The notes under the pieces: generated by a model | The model's database searches: none | The model's input: the letters and a program-made list of their open reading frames with translations, nothing else | What the model was told of the DNA's origin: nothing | Part shown: positions 24,812-38,338 of the stretch, in pieces | Layout of the letters: each line of letters begins with the position of its first letter | How positions within the stretch are numbered: position 1 is the first letter of the stretch | Program-made: the position numbers and the translations under genes | Assembly: GCF_018350175.1 (NCBI RefSeq) | Contig: NC_058368.1 | Location: forward strand, 47,494,001 to 47,558,000 | Reading direction: 5' to 3' | Length of the DNA: 64,000 bases | Origin: Felis catus | Lineage: Eukaryota

Positions 24812-26380
24812 TAGATTTTATATCCTGTGACTTTGCTGAATTTATGGATCAGTTCTAGCAGTTTTTTGGTGGAGTCTTTTGGGTTTTCCACATAGAGTAT
24901 CGTGTCGTCTGCAAAGAGTGGAAGTTTGACTTCTCCTTGTTGCCTACAAAGAGTGGAAGTTTGACTTCTTGCCGACTGGAATGCCTTTTATTTCTTTGTG
25001 TTGTCTGATTGCTGAGGCTAGGACTTCCAACACTATGCTGAGTAACAGTGGTGAGAGTGGACATCCTTGTCGTGTACCTGGCCTTAGGGGGAAAGCCCTC
25101 AGTTTTTCCCCATTGAGGATGATATTAGCAGTGGGTCTTTCATATAGGGCTTTTATGATCTTGAGGTGTGATCCTTCTATCCCTACTTTCTTGAAGATTT
25201 TTGTCAAGAAAGGATGCTGTATTTTGTCAAATGCTTTCTCTGCATAGTAGAGGATCATGTGGTTCTTATCCTTTCTTTTATTAATGTGATGTATCACACT
25301 GATTGATTTGCAGATATCGAACAAGCACTGCATCCCAGGAACAAATCCCACTTGATCATGGTAAATAATTCTTTTAATGTACCATTGGATCCAGTTTGCT
25401 AGTATTTTGTTGAGAATTTTTGCAACCATGTTCACCAGGGAAATTGGTCTGTAGTTCTCCTCTTTAGTGGGGTCTTTGTCTGGTTTTGGAATCAAGTAAT
25501 GCTGGCCTTATAGAATGAGTTTAGAAGTTTTCCTTTCATTTCTGTTTTTTGAAGAGCTTCAAAAGAATAGGTTTTAACTCTTCTTTAAATATTTGGTAGA
25601 GTTCCCCTGGAAAGCCATCTAGTCTTGGACTCTTGTTTTTTTGGAAGATATTTGATTACTGATTCAACTTCTTTACTGGTTATAGGTCTGGTCAAATTTT
25701 CTATTTCTTCCTGTTTCAGTTTTGGTAGTTTATATGTTTCTAGGAGTTTGTCCATTTCTTCCATATTGCCTGATTTGTTGGCATATAATTGCTCATAATA
25801 TTATCTTACTATTGTTTGTATTTCTGTGGTGTTGGTTGTGATTTTTCCTCTTTTATCATGATTTTATTTATTTGAGTCCTTTTTCTTTTTGATGAGTCTA
25901 GCTAAGGGTTCATCAATTTTGTTAATTTTTTCAAAGAACTAGCTCCTGTTCTATTGACTTTTTTTAAATTTCAATATCATTGATTTCTGCTCTAATCTTT
26001 ATTATTTCCCTTCTTCTGCTGGTTTTGGTCTTTATTTGCTGTTCTTTTTCCAGCTCTTTTAGGTGTTAAGGTTAGGTTGTGTATTTGAGATTTGAGACTC
26101 CTTCTTTAGGAAGACCTGGATTGCTGTATTTTACTTCCCTCTTATACTTCACACCTTTGCTACATCCCAGAGATTTTGGGCTGTCATGTTTTCATTTTCA
26201 TTGGGTTCCATTTACTTTTTAATTTCCTCTTTAATTTCTTGGCTGACCCATTCATTCTTCAGTAGGATGTTCTTTAATCTCCAAGTATTTATGGTCTTTC
26301 CAAATTTTTTGTTGTTGATTTTGAGTTTCATAGCATTGTCTGATCTCATAGCAAGGTATGATCTTGATCATTTTGTACTG
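24812..26380 (-). mobile_element. Carnivore L1 ORF2 internal fragment (RT domain), disrupted
   Basis: ORF 24944-25495(-) [19 protein letters not shown]...[12 protein letters not shown]...[16 protein letters not shown] motif near 24905; frameshifts present. Confidence 0.95.
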
Positions 26381-28131
26381 TGTTCATACTTTCAATGCTT
26401 ATCTAAATCCCTTGAAAGGCATTGAAAGCCATACTTTCTTAAATTGATATACTTACATTCTTGGAATAATCAGTGAGATTTGAAAGATAATTTAGCAAAT
26501 TGGTCTCATTTAAAATGTTAGGATTTAAATTTGTTTGATTCAATCATATTTGGGTCAGTACCTACTGAAAAAAACAGTATTTCAAATTTCTTTCAGTAGT
26601 TTGCTGAATAAAATGTAAGCTATAAAAATTGCTTCCCAACACAACATATTGTTCAGCAGTGGAGGGTTCTGCTAGATCCATGAGCTAGTTGGGAGTAATA
26701 GTAATATAACGTGTCCTGCGGTAGTAGGCACATGAAAATTAATGAACCACTAAATGAGTTAGTGTACTCACTCTGTGGAGGCAGCAGTTAAGATTCAGAG
26801 AAGCTGACTCGCTAGAAAAGTCCAGTGCAGACAGATTTGAACCCATATCTCTTTATCCCAATCTAACCTCCACCACACTTGAAGTTACCTTTCGTCATTC
26901 CTCTAAATTTTTTAATTTTTCCTTTAGAAAAGCTTAAGCTTTCATGTTTGAATTCACATTTACTGGCTGAAATAGATATTATTAAAAATTATCATTTATT
27001 ATCATTTATTAAAAAATATATATTATCATGTAAAACAAAAAAATCATTAAATCTTCTTGTTTTTAACGCACAGTAGACTTTTAATACTTCAGTTTTGTCT
27101 TTTTTAAGACTTTAGAAGGAGTAAAAAAAAAATGTGTAAATAATATATTTCTTGAGGATCATAGCAACAACAAATAGTAGTCTCTGGCCACAAAACAGAC
27201 ACTTACTTAAAGGTCAGTCTATAGCAGTCAAAGGTTAATTAGGTTTCTTGTTCTTTTCCATATTTAGTTGCTTGGAGTAGATTATAGATAATGTGAAACT
27301 TGTGAGAATTCTGAGGAATGAATTCTCATTTTCCCAGAATGGCTAACCATACCATTTCTTCTCATTCATTAAACTGCTATCCAGTGTAAACGGCTTCTGA
27401 TTTGAACCATTGACCTTAAGGTAAATGTCACCATATCACCTTTCCAATTTCCTTAACTGCCCTATCTCCCCACAGGCAGGAGATCACCTCATTTATTAAA
27501 GATTTATTTTGACACATAGGTTACCACTCTCTTCTCAGTTTAAGTGGTGTGAAAGACAAAAGATTTAAATGATGCTTAGAAATTCATTATACCTAAAGTA
27601 ATTGCCTTTTGGTTTACACAGCAGCTTGACTGTTTAAAATGTGCCTATTTAATTGCATCTTTGAATACTTTTTAACTTTTTCTAGAAAACATTTAGATTT
27701 GATGTTATTTTGTCAAATGGTTCTTATTATGTATTTAAGAAATGAGTGTAGTAATTGTTTTAAAGGAAGGGAGTCCAAAATTAACTGATTTATGCATATG
27801 CCATATTTGAACCCATAAAATTTGCAATTAAAGTGATTTCAACAGCCTAGATTTGAACAGTAAATAATAATATTAACTTCCAACAATGGTTTTATAGTTT
27901 CTAGAGAATTGATTCTTCAAAAACCAGAAACTTGAAATTAAAAGCATGAAGTATGTATGAATTTGAGAACATAGATTCTAGTTCAGCCTCTCCTAGCCCT
28001 GGAATCCTGGACACATCTTCTAACCCCTCTAGGCTTTAATGTTCTTATCTTGAAAATAAGATTGTAGTAGATTATCTCCAGGCTATCTTTCATCTCTGAA
28101 ATTCTGTAAATCTAAAATGCTTAGCTGCTGT

Positions 28132-28349
28132 GGGACACCTGGGTGGCTCAGTCAGTTAAGCGTCCAATTTCGGTCATGATCTCACAGTCTGTGAGTTTGA
28201 GCTCCGCGTCGGGCTCTGTGCTGACAGCTCAGAGCCTAGAGCCTGCTTCGGATTCTGTGTCTGCCTCTCTCTCTGCCCCTCCCCCGCTCATCCTCTGTCT
28301 CTCTCTCTCAAAAATAAATGAACATTAAAAAAAAAATAAAAAATAAAAA
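28132..28349 (+). mobile_element. CanSINE
   Basis: Typical structure; TSD taaaatgcttagctgctgt. Confidence 0.94.
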
Positions 28350-28660
28350 TAAAATGCTTAGCTGCTGTTTTTGGAAAGAAAGGGCATCTCATTATAAATT
28401 TGAAAGTTCTAATAGTTGATAAACTTGCCAAAACATTACATAATATAACATTTTCAGTTTCTAATGTCAAACAAACTGTAGAGAGATACATAGAGTAAAA
28501 AAAGTGAGTCTCTTCACTACCCACTTTCATCCTGCTCATGCCACTTTGACGTGATTATCACATCTCATGCTTTCCATTCCTATTTTTCAGGCACCCTTGA
28601 AGAACTTCTCCCCAGTTAACATTTTCCTGTTTGAAGCCTCTTATTTCACCTAAAAAAAAA

Positions 28661-28880
28661 TTGTTTTAATGTTTACTTATTTTTGAGAGAGAGAGAGAAA
28701 TAGAGACAGAGTATGGGCAGAGGAGGGACAGAGAGAGAGAGGGAGACACAGAATCTGAAGCAGGCTCCAGGCTCTGAGCTGTCAGCACAGAGCCCGATGC
28801 GGGGCTCGGACCCCCGAACCGTGAGATCATAACCTGAGCTGAAGTCAGACACTCAACTGACTGAGCCACCCAAGTGCCCC
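28661..28880 (-). mobile_element. CanSINE
   Basis: Typical antisense structure ending caagtgcccc. Confidence 0.93.
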
Positions 28881-31791
28881 TGTTTCACTTTTTAAATGTG
28901 TGTAACCTACATAAAAAAAGTCTTAATTGAATTTTTACAAAATGAATACATCCACCACCCAAATCAAGAATAAAAGCTCCTTTTGTGCTGTCTCAAAATT
29001 CCGCGTATATGTTGCATAGATATTATTGTTTCAGAAGGTGTGTTTTATTTGCAGATTTATGATAGTATTCTGCAATGCACTTGGAAAACTGATAATGTAT
29101 TGAATACTTAACTTTTAAAGTCATTTTTTCTACATCTGAAACTATTTTAAATGCTAGTGATACATGGTCCATTTATATTTCAACATTAGTTCCTTTTGCG
29201 AACATTTCTAGTATAACTACTATGAAAGGTTACTTGGTGTACAGAGATAAAGCAGGTCTTCAAGGAAACCCACGTCTTAGGTGGGTGTGAGGAAGGATGA
29301 GGGTTATAGGAAAGAGAAGAAAACATGCAATTACAATAACTTACTTTTTTCAGTCTGGAGATAGCCTTCTATTATTTCCTCATATGAATAATATAGAAGA
29401 GGAAAAAGATAACATTAATCCTGGCAGTCAAAATCAGTTCCATTTTAGATATGTAGAAACCTGTCAAACAGTTTAAATCTTCTCAGTGACTTGGACTGTT
29501 CTTATTTTTCCCATATAACTTTTTTTCTTTATTATAAAAGGAAATTGAGACACTGTTAACTGGTTTACTGTAATATGGAAATTCTCTCTTAGGGTTTGAT
29601 GACTGGAAATTTTATGTGTGCCCCTTTATGTTTGAAAATATTGTTTACTTCTTTTGCTTTAGTCACTTCAATGTCCTCTTTTGCTCCTTTCCACAGACAT
29701 TAATTGCAAACTCTAGTATAATAGGCAGAGTACTAGGTACTAGGATTATGGAAAACCTCCTTAAATTTTTTCTTATGATGTAGAAGGCAAGTAATGGCTG
29801 CTCATAGCACATATGATAGGGTTTCTGACAGAAAGAACCAGGTGCTATGGAAAAATATAAGACAAACATCAAACTCAGATTTCGGGCTTGAGTCTTCCCA
29901 AATAAGTTGATGTTGAGTTCAAAACAGGGAAGGATGTATAGGGATGATACAAAGTAATCTTCCCTATTCTCTTTAGCCTTCACCTGGAAGTTGTACACAG
30001 TCATAGCGTGTAATACCCTTTATTTCTGTGAATACTCCCTCAGGTGCCTTCTGCTCTTTGTCCTCTGGCCACCCTTTAAATGTTCATATTCCTCCAGGAT
30101 TCTGTTTGGTCTTTGTGCAGTTTTTAAAGTTGAGCTATCAATTTGGCTCAAATCTCTCTGGAAGCCAAAGTAAAATTGAAGTACTATATTAATTTATAGT
30201 TAATGATTATATACTATTTTTAGCCACTTTTGTAAGCACTATAGATGTATTACTTGATATAGTCAACACTCTGTGAGGTAGATGAGGACTCTGAACATGA
30301 GAGGTGAACCTGCCCAAAGTCTTAACTGCAGGTAATTCGGTTCTAGACATGTGAATTCTGGAGCTTGCCTTCCCAACTGTCATACTATACACTGTTCCAC
30401 AGCAGCTACATGATTAATAGCATTTAGAAGGATAAAGCATTCTTCAGGGGAACTGAAGTATCTTCTGGGACTTAGGCCTAAAATGATGTATGTGATAATC
30501 CGTAGGGGGTATGATAGAGTGTCTTCAGTTATGATCCTATCATAAATACTATAGTAACATTCCAGTCTTAGGAGGAGCTTCTCAGTATAAGAACATAATA
30601 TTATACCAAAACAAAACACACACCATGATAGTTTTTCCATAATGCATTTCTCAGACAGCCCTTGGATAGAAATTTGGGAGCTAACATTTCAAAGTTATGT
30701 TTAATAGTTTGAAAAGGACAAAAGCAGAGTATCTTACTCATCTTTGTGTGTACAGAGCCTCATCTAGGAATAGTCATATAGAAATAATTCAGTCAGTATT
30801 TGTGGAATGAATGTGGCCACGCTTACCTGGTCTGCTACTAAAGAATGACTTGGAGCAGGATGCATTAATCATGACAGGTTCTGGGGGTGGAGTTGACAGT
30901 CGCTGGCAAGATCTGATAAGTTCAAAGGGCAGAAATAAGGAGGAACTCTGTCTCTGTGTTTTGTTTTTCCTCTCATTTCCATATTCATTTCCTAATTTAT
31001 TCAAAAGCGTTCATTTGATTTTTCCTGTATACTAAATGCCTTGTAAAGTGATGGCGATCCAGTGGTGAATAAGACAAAGCCCTGCCCTTAAGACATTTAC
31101 GCTCTGGTGAGGTACATAGAAAACTAATCTGATGCTACAGTGCAGTTGGTGCTCTGGAGGTGGCAAATAAAAGTTCAGATAATATGCAGCTATTTAGGCA
31201 GTGAGAACAGGTTAGAGGAAGCATGCCATGTTACAAACTTCAGCTCTTCATTAGGGTTGGAGGGTGATAGGTGAATATGAGAAATGATGAGATAGGAGGT
31301 TTGTGGTAAGCCAAGCTAGGTTGTGGTTTTTGACGATGTTCCCTTCTAATAAACGCTCTCCTATAGCGGTCTGGTGGGTGAAAGGAAGATTGACACAGAA
31401 GAACTTTCCAAGTGCCACAAAATTCCTTCTTTTGCTAAATACCACCACTGAAACTGCATGACTAATCTCTTCAGTAACTATTTTTCACTGTAGATACTGG
31501 ATCTTCAGGTGTCTCTTCATCTCTAAGTTGTGAGCTCCTCAAGAACAGCAGCTGTGTTTTATTTGTTTCTGGGTCTTTAGTGTCTAATGGTTACTCAAAC
31601 AAAAAACAGCCATTTAACATCGGTAGTCATTTTATGTGTTATTCTAGTAACCAAAGCAGTTGCCCTATTTTTTAGTATGAAAACTAGAGCTCAAGTTTTA
31701 AATAAACAAACTTACAACCTACTCTGTCAGTTTAAGATGATTTGTCTTCAAGTAGGGGAAATAAATACTACACAGAAGAATTGAAAAAAAA

Positions 31792-32004
31792 TTTTTTTTT
31801 AATTTTTTTTTAATGTTTATTTATTTTTGAGAGACAGGGCATGAACGGGGGAGGGGCAGAGCGAGAGGGAGACTGAATCTGAAGCAGGCTCCATGCTCTG
31901 AGCTATCTGCACAGAGCCTGATGTGGGGCTCGAACTCACAAGCTGTGAGATCATGACCTGAGCTGAAGTGGGACGCTCAATTGACTGAGCCACCCAGGCG
32001 CCCC
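31792..32004 (-). mobile_element. CanSINE
   Basis: Typical antisense structure ending caggcgcccc. Confidence 0.93.
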
Positions 32005-32076
32005 TGAAATTTTTTTTGTAATTGCAAGGACATTCACAGCATAACAGAAGAATTCATTAACGAATTTGGTTAACTA

Positions 32077-33437
32077 AAGCGGGAGGCATCACAATCCAGA
32101 CTTTAGCCTCTACCACAAAGCTGTAATCATGAAGACAGCATGGTATTGGCACAAAAACAGACACATAGACCAATGGAATAGAATAGAAACCCCAGAATTA
32201 GACCCACAAAAGTATGGCCAACTAATCTTTGACAAAGCAGGAAAGAATATCCAATGGAAAAAAGACAGTCTCTTTAACAAATGGTGCTGGGAGAACTGGA
32301 CAGCAACATGCAGAAGATTGAAACTAGACCACTTTCTCACACCATTCACAAAAATAAACTCAGAATGGATAAAGGATCTGAATGTGAGACAGGAAACCAT
32401 CAAAACCCTAGAGGAGAAAGCAGGAAAAAGAAACCCCTCTGACCTCAGCCGCAGCAATTTCTTACTTGACACATCCCCAAAGGCAAGGGAATTAAAAGCA
32501 AAAATGAACTATTGGGACCTCATGAAGATAAAAAGCTTCTGCACTGCAAAGGAAACAATCAACAACACTAAAAGGCAACCAACAGAATGGGAAAAGATAT
32601 TTGCAAATGACATATCAGACAAAAGGCTAGTATGCAGAATCTATAAAGAGCTCACCAAACTCCACACCCAAAAAACAAATAATCCAGTGAAGAAATGGGC
32701 AGAAAACATGAATAGACACTTCTCTAAAGAAGACATCTGGAAAGCCAAAAGGCACATGAGAAGATGCTCAGTGTCGCTCCTCATCAGGGAAATACAAATC
32801 AAAACCACACTCAGATATCACCTCACGCCAGTCAGAGTGGCTAAAATGAACACATCAGGAGACTATAGATGCTGGCAAGCATGTGGAGAAACAGGAACCC
32901 TCTTGCACTGTTGGTGGGAATGCAAACTGGTGCAACCGCTCTGGAAAACAGTGTGGAGGTTCCTCAAAAAATTAAAAATAGATCTACCTTATGACCCAGC
33001 AATAACACTGCTAGGAATTTACCCAAGGGATACAGGAGTGCTGATGCATAGGGGCACCTGTACCCCAATGTAATACTATATGCCAGTGAGAAAGAATGAA
33101 ATATGGCCTTTTGTAGCAACGTGGATGGGGAGAGTTATGCTAAGTGAAATAAGTCATACAGAGAAAGACAGATACCGTATGTTTTCACTCTTATGTGGAT
33201 CCTGAGAAACTTAACAGAAGACCATGGGGGAGGGGAAGAAAAATTTTAAAAAAGAGGTTAGAGAGGGAGGGAGCCAAAACATAAGAGACTGTTAAAAACT
33301 GAGAACAAACTGAGGGTTGATGGGGGGTGGGAGGGAGGGGAGGATGGGTCATGAGTATTGAGGAGGGCATCTGTTGGGATGAGCAGTGGGTGTTGTATGG
33401 AAACCAATTTGACAATAAATTTCATATTAAAAAAAAA
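32077..33437 (+). mobile_element. Relatively young, 5-prime-truncated felid L1 (ORF2 C-terminus, 3-prime UTR, polyA) with TSD
   Basis: 314-aa open ORF2 segment [19 protein letters not shown]...[14 protein letters not shown]-rich UTR; AATAAA at 33414-33419; TSD gaatttggt(t/c)aacta at 32062-32076 and 33438-33452. Confidence 0.97.
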
Positions 33438-33459
33438 GAATTTGGTCAACTATGTTTAG

Positions 33460-33627
<168 letters not shown>

Positions 33628-33655
33628 TAAGTAGTTAAGATGGCTACAGTAGTTC

Positions 33656-33656
<1 letters not shown>

Positions 33657-33696
<40 letters not shown>
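33657..33696. repeat. (TG)20 microsatellite
   Basis: Read directly; 30 nt downstream of the exon 6 donor. Confidence 0.95.
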
Positions 33697-33706
<10 letters not shown>

Positions 33707-33784
33707 CATGCATCAAAGTCACCTGAATTGTTATCATCAACATTGTTAATTCCACTTTGTACCTTACTCTTTTTCTGGGTCCCT

Positions 33785-34750
33785 AGTTTTGAATTTTCCA
33801 GAATGTCATAGTTGGAATCATACAATATGGGGCCTTTTAAGACTGACTTCTTTCACTCAGTGATATACATTTAAGTTTCCTCTAGGTCTTTTCATGGCTT
33901 GATAGCTCATTTCTTTTTGGTGAGTGATATTTCATTGTCTGGATGTACCACAGTTTATACATCCATTCACCTACTAAAGGACATCTTGGTTAGATTCAAG
34001 TTTTGTCAGTTATATCTAAGTCTGCTGTAAACATCCACATCAGGTTTTTGTATGGACATAAGTTTTCAACTCCTTTGGGTAAATACCAAGTAGCACAATT
34101 GTATGGTAAGTGTATTTTTAGTTTCGGGGCACCTGGGTGGCTCAGTCGGTTGAGTGTCCGACTTCAGCTCAGGTCATGATCTCATGGTTCGTGGACTCAA
34201 GCCATGGGTCAGGCTCTGTGCTGACAGCTCAGAGCCTGGAGCCTGCTTCAGATTCTGTGTCTCCCTCTCTGTCCCTCCCCCACCTGTACTCTGTCTCCCT
34301 CTCCCTCTCTTTCAAAAATAAACATTAAAAAAAAAAAGTATTTTTAGTTTTGTAAGAAACCACTAAACTTTTTGTCCCAAAGTAGCTCTACCATTTTGCG
34401 TTCCACCAGAGGTGAATGAGAGTTCCTGTTGTTCTATGTCTTTGCCAGTAGTTGGCATTCTGGATTTTGACCATTCTAATAGGTATTTAGGGGTATCTCA
34501 CTGTTGTTTTATTTTGCGTTTTTCTGATGACATTTGTTGTGGAACATCGTTTCATGTGCTTATTTGCAATCTGTATCTTCTTTGATAAGGTGTCTATTAA
34601 GTTTTGGCCCATTTTCTAATTGGGTTGTTTGTTTTCTCACTGTTGAGTTCTAAGAGTTCTTTGTATATTTTGGATAACAGTACTCATCAGGTATGCCTTT
34701 AGCAAATATTTTCTCTCATTCTATGGCTTGTCTTTTCATTGTCTTGACGT
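33785..34750 (-). mobile_element. L1MC-like 3-prime fragment
   Basis: ttttccagaatgtcatagttggaatcataca and catggcttgatagctcatttc motifs. Confidence 0.8.
34126..34337 (+). mobile_element. CanSINE nested in the L1MC fragment
   Basis: Typical structure; TSD gtatttttagttt. Confidence 0.93.
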
Positions 34751-36114
34751 ATACCTTATTCTGCATTGCACAAAAAGTATGTGGTTTTGGCAGTTTGTTG
34801 GATTTAGATTGTATTTTTATATCCACTTTTATTTTATTTGGAAGTTGCTGCTGTCTTTTAAAATGTAATGTCTTAGAAGATAGAGACCCAGTGAAGTCCC
34901 ATGTGTGTAAATATTTTTGAAATCTCACTTGATGATTATTTTTGTTTATGGAACCAATTTAAATACTTCAGTTTTATCTGAAGTTTTTTTAACTGTTCCT
35001 TTCTGACAAAGGACATATATACCTTCAAAAGATAAAACTTTTCTTGAGAATATTTGCCAGTGCTACTAAGTAGCTATAGCAGAGAATTTTCCTTTTACTG
35101 GAATATACTTTTCTGTTGTTTGTACATTAATGTGCCACTACTTAGCTGTATGTCCCTAGGTACATCTGTTATCATTCTAAACCAAAGTTTTGTCATCCAT
35201 GAGATGGTGTTGATACTAGTAACTGTACCATAAAAGCAAGATCAAGTAAAGGAATATTTATGCAAATATTTATAGATCAAGACATTATTCTAATTGTTCA
35301 CTGCTGTCTGTACCTGCACCCAAAATGATTCTTGAAATATAGTAGTCACTTAATATTTATTAAACAAATGGACACTTTAAAAATTACATAGCAACATAAA
35401 TAAATTTCAAAGATCAGATTGGTATTCCTACTTCCAGCATGACTGACATGCTGCGTGTATTATTATGTATGGATAAATGTTAAAATATGGTAATTATTGG
35501 AGCTTGAAATCAGTGGCTCTTGAATAAAGCTGGATTTTGAAAGAATCATTTCAAAAGTAAGTAGATTGTGATGGTAAGATAATACTTTGATTTGGTGTTT
35601 TGATGTACTCTCTGCCACTATAAAACTGTAGCAGTAATAGATAAAACATGAAAAGAGAAAACTAAAAAGCCAAGTCATCAGAATAATCAGAGTGGCCATG
35701 AATTTGAAGGATAAATGAACAAAGATGAGTCATGGTAATTATTGGTAATTGTTGAAGCCAGGTGATGAGAGCAATGGAGTTCATTATAGCATATCTATTT
35801 ATATATCTGTTTTACTTTCTGTAATAAAAACCTAGGAAGGAAAAACGTAGCCCTCATCAAAAATATGATAAACATCTTTATGTGCTAGAAATGGAACCGA
35901 AAAACAAACAAGCAAGAGGGGCTCAAACTGTGAACTCTTCAGTTCGTTCGTTCAATAGGGTGAAGAGATTAAATAAATGTTCTGATTACAAAAATATAAG
36001 AAAAACGGGGTGGGGGGGGAATCACTCTTGTGTCCCTGATAAATTCTTACACATGTGCAAAAGGAAACCGGCATGTGGATGTTAATTATAATTAGATTAA
36101 AAGAATTCAGATGC

Positions 36115-36352
36115 GGGGCGCCTGGGTGGCGCAGTCGGTTAAGCGTCCGACTTCAGCCAGGTCACGATCTCGCGGTCCAGGAGTTCGAGCCCCGCGTCAG
36201 GCTCTGGGCTGATGGCTCAGAGCCTGGAGCCTGTTTCCGATTCTGTGTCTCCCTCTCTCTCTGTCCCTCCCCCGTTCATGCTCTGTCTCTCTCTGTCCCA
36301 AAAATAAATAAACGTTGAAAAAAAAAATTAAAAAAAAAAAATAAAAAAAAAA
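36115..36352 (+). mobile_element. Young felid CanSINE
   Basis: Near-identical to the 20779 copy; perfect 17-bp TSD taaaagaattcagatgc at 36098-36114 and 36353-36369. Confidence 0.96.
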
Positions 36353-36540
36353 TAAAAGAATTCAGATGCTTTTCAGTAGCAGAATGGGAAATCAGTTATG
36401 ATTTATTTCTATAATGTAATTCAATGTAGCAGTTAAAATCATTAAACTAGATCTGGGTGTATCTGTAGGGACAAGTCAAACAGAATACTATATTTTAAAA
36501 AGTGTATCCATCTTTTTTTTTTAATTGTTAAGTTAAAAAA

Positions 36541-36717
36541 TTTTTTTTAAGTTTATTTATTTGGGGGGGGAGGGGGGAGAGAGAGAGAGAGTCCCAAGCA
36601 GACTCCACGCTGTCAGTGCAGAGCCCAATGTGGTGCTCAAACTCACAAACTATGAGATCGTGATCCGAGCCCAAACCAAGAGTCTGATGTCTAACTGATT
36701 GAGCCACCCAGGCGCCC
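36541..36717 (-). mobile_element. CanSINE
   Basis: Antisense structure ending ccaggcgccc. Confidence 0.9.
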
Positions 36718-37039
36718 TAAATTTTTTTATTTTAAAAAGATGTGTCCACCTTTTTTTTTTAAAGCAATTTCTTACTTTCTGGCATAACATAATTTTCTCA
36801 GGTTTATTTTCTAATTTCATTGCCTCAGACCTTCCTCTATGAGTCCTGGTTCCTTTTAGTGAGAAATACTATTTAGAAATTAAGATTTGGGTGCTGGTCA
36901 TTGATACATTGGTCATTGTTTCTAAGCCCTTTCAGTAAAGAGGTGATTAGAGAGGGAGTTGGGAGAATGGCTTAACACTGTACAGATAAAATCATACCAA
37001 TACCTCTAATTCCAATTCAGTACCATAGTAGCTAATTGA

Positions 37040-38100
37040 AGGGGCTTCAACTGGCCAAATATGGTACAACTTGAGTATCAAAATGAATATTAACAGTAAT
37101 GAATTATAATTTGTTGATTAGAATAAGAATCCTGAGTGCATGCTAATAATAAATAAGAGTTTTTACAGTGGAATGCCAACCAATAAATATATATGCATAT
37201 TATAATTACCGTTTTGTAACCTCATAATACTATTTGATTCAGAATCATCAGTGGAAGCTAAAACCATTGGGTAAAAGTATATTCAGGAGCAAAATATATA
37301 TTCTCAAAGTATGTTTCCTACGGATTACTTACTAATCGCAGAGGGCAAAAAAGTACTTTTATATTTGAGTACTTTGGCAGATACCACTTTAAACAGGTGA
37401 CTAAGGTTATTTTCACCAGTCATAGGACATAATGACATCATGGCTGCATTGTGTACTAAGGCTTTATGTACTCTTTATGTGCCTCTCTGTGTACTAAGGC
37501 TTTATGTACTCTATGTGACATACTGAGGACACATTATCACAAGTGTAGTGTTTCGGCCCTAAATGCTTAACCTGAATCTAATTACAGGGAAACATCAGAC
37601 AAATGAAAATTGAGTGACATAAAACAACTGGCCAAATAGACTTTCTCTGTCTTTTATAACGTTGACTAAGGAACTGCTCAGGGTTAAAGGATACCAAAGA
37701 TAACTACATGACATCCAAATGCAATGTATGATAATCCATTGGATCCTATACAGGGAAAATGCCAATTGGGACAATTGACAAAATTGGAAAATGGATTATA
37801 TATTAGATATTGTATTGGGGCTAATTATACTGGGATTATATCAAAGAATTTTTTTAATCTTAGAAAATCCACACCAAATTATTCAGGGATAAAGGGATTT
37901 AATGTCTGCATATACCTCTTAAATAGTTAAGGGGAAAAATTGCACACGTGTCTGCGTGTCTGCGTGTATAGTGATGTATATGTGTATATGCATGTATCTA
38001 TATTCATTCACATATATGAACAATAGGGAGAGAATAAATATGACAAAGTAATACTCAGTAAATATTACAAAGTAAATATGACAAAATGTTAACATTTGGT
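37040..38100 (+). mobile_element. Old L1MC-like 3-prime UTR
   Basis: caactggccaaat, gcagataccacttt, aacctgaatctaat and tgacaaaatgttaacatttggtga motifs. Confidence 0.7.
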
Positions 38101-38109
38101 GAGTAAGAG

Positions 38110-38338
38110 TTTTTTGTTTTTTTGTTTTTTAAGTTTATTTATTTATTTTGAAAGAGAGCAAGCAGGGGAGGGACAGAGAGAGGAGGAGAGAGAATCCCAA
38201 GCAAGCTCTGCAGTGTCAGAGCCCAACACAGGGCACTGTGGAGCCCAACACAGGACTCAAACTCACAAACCCTTGAGATCGTGACCTGAGCTGAAATCAA
38301 GAGCCCAATGCTTAATAGACTGAGCCACCCAAGCACCC
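38110..38338 (-). mobile_element. CanSINE
   Basis: Antisense structure; TSD tgagtaa(g/a)agt. Confidence 0.9.

Noticed and set aside
32129..33073. 314-aa ORF as a host gene or active element
   Set aside because: It is the C-terminal part of L1 ORF2 in a 5-prime-truncated copy with no promoter, EN or RT core.
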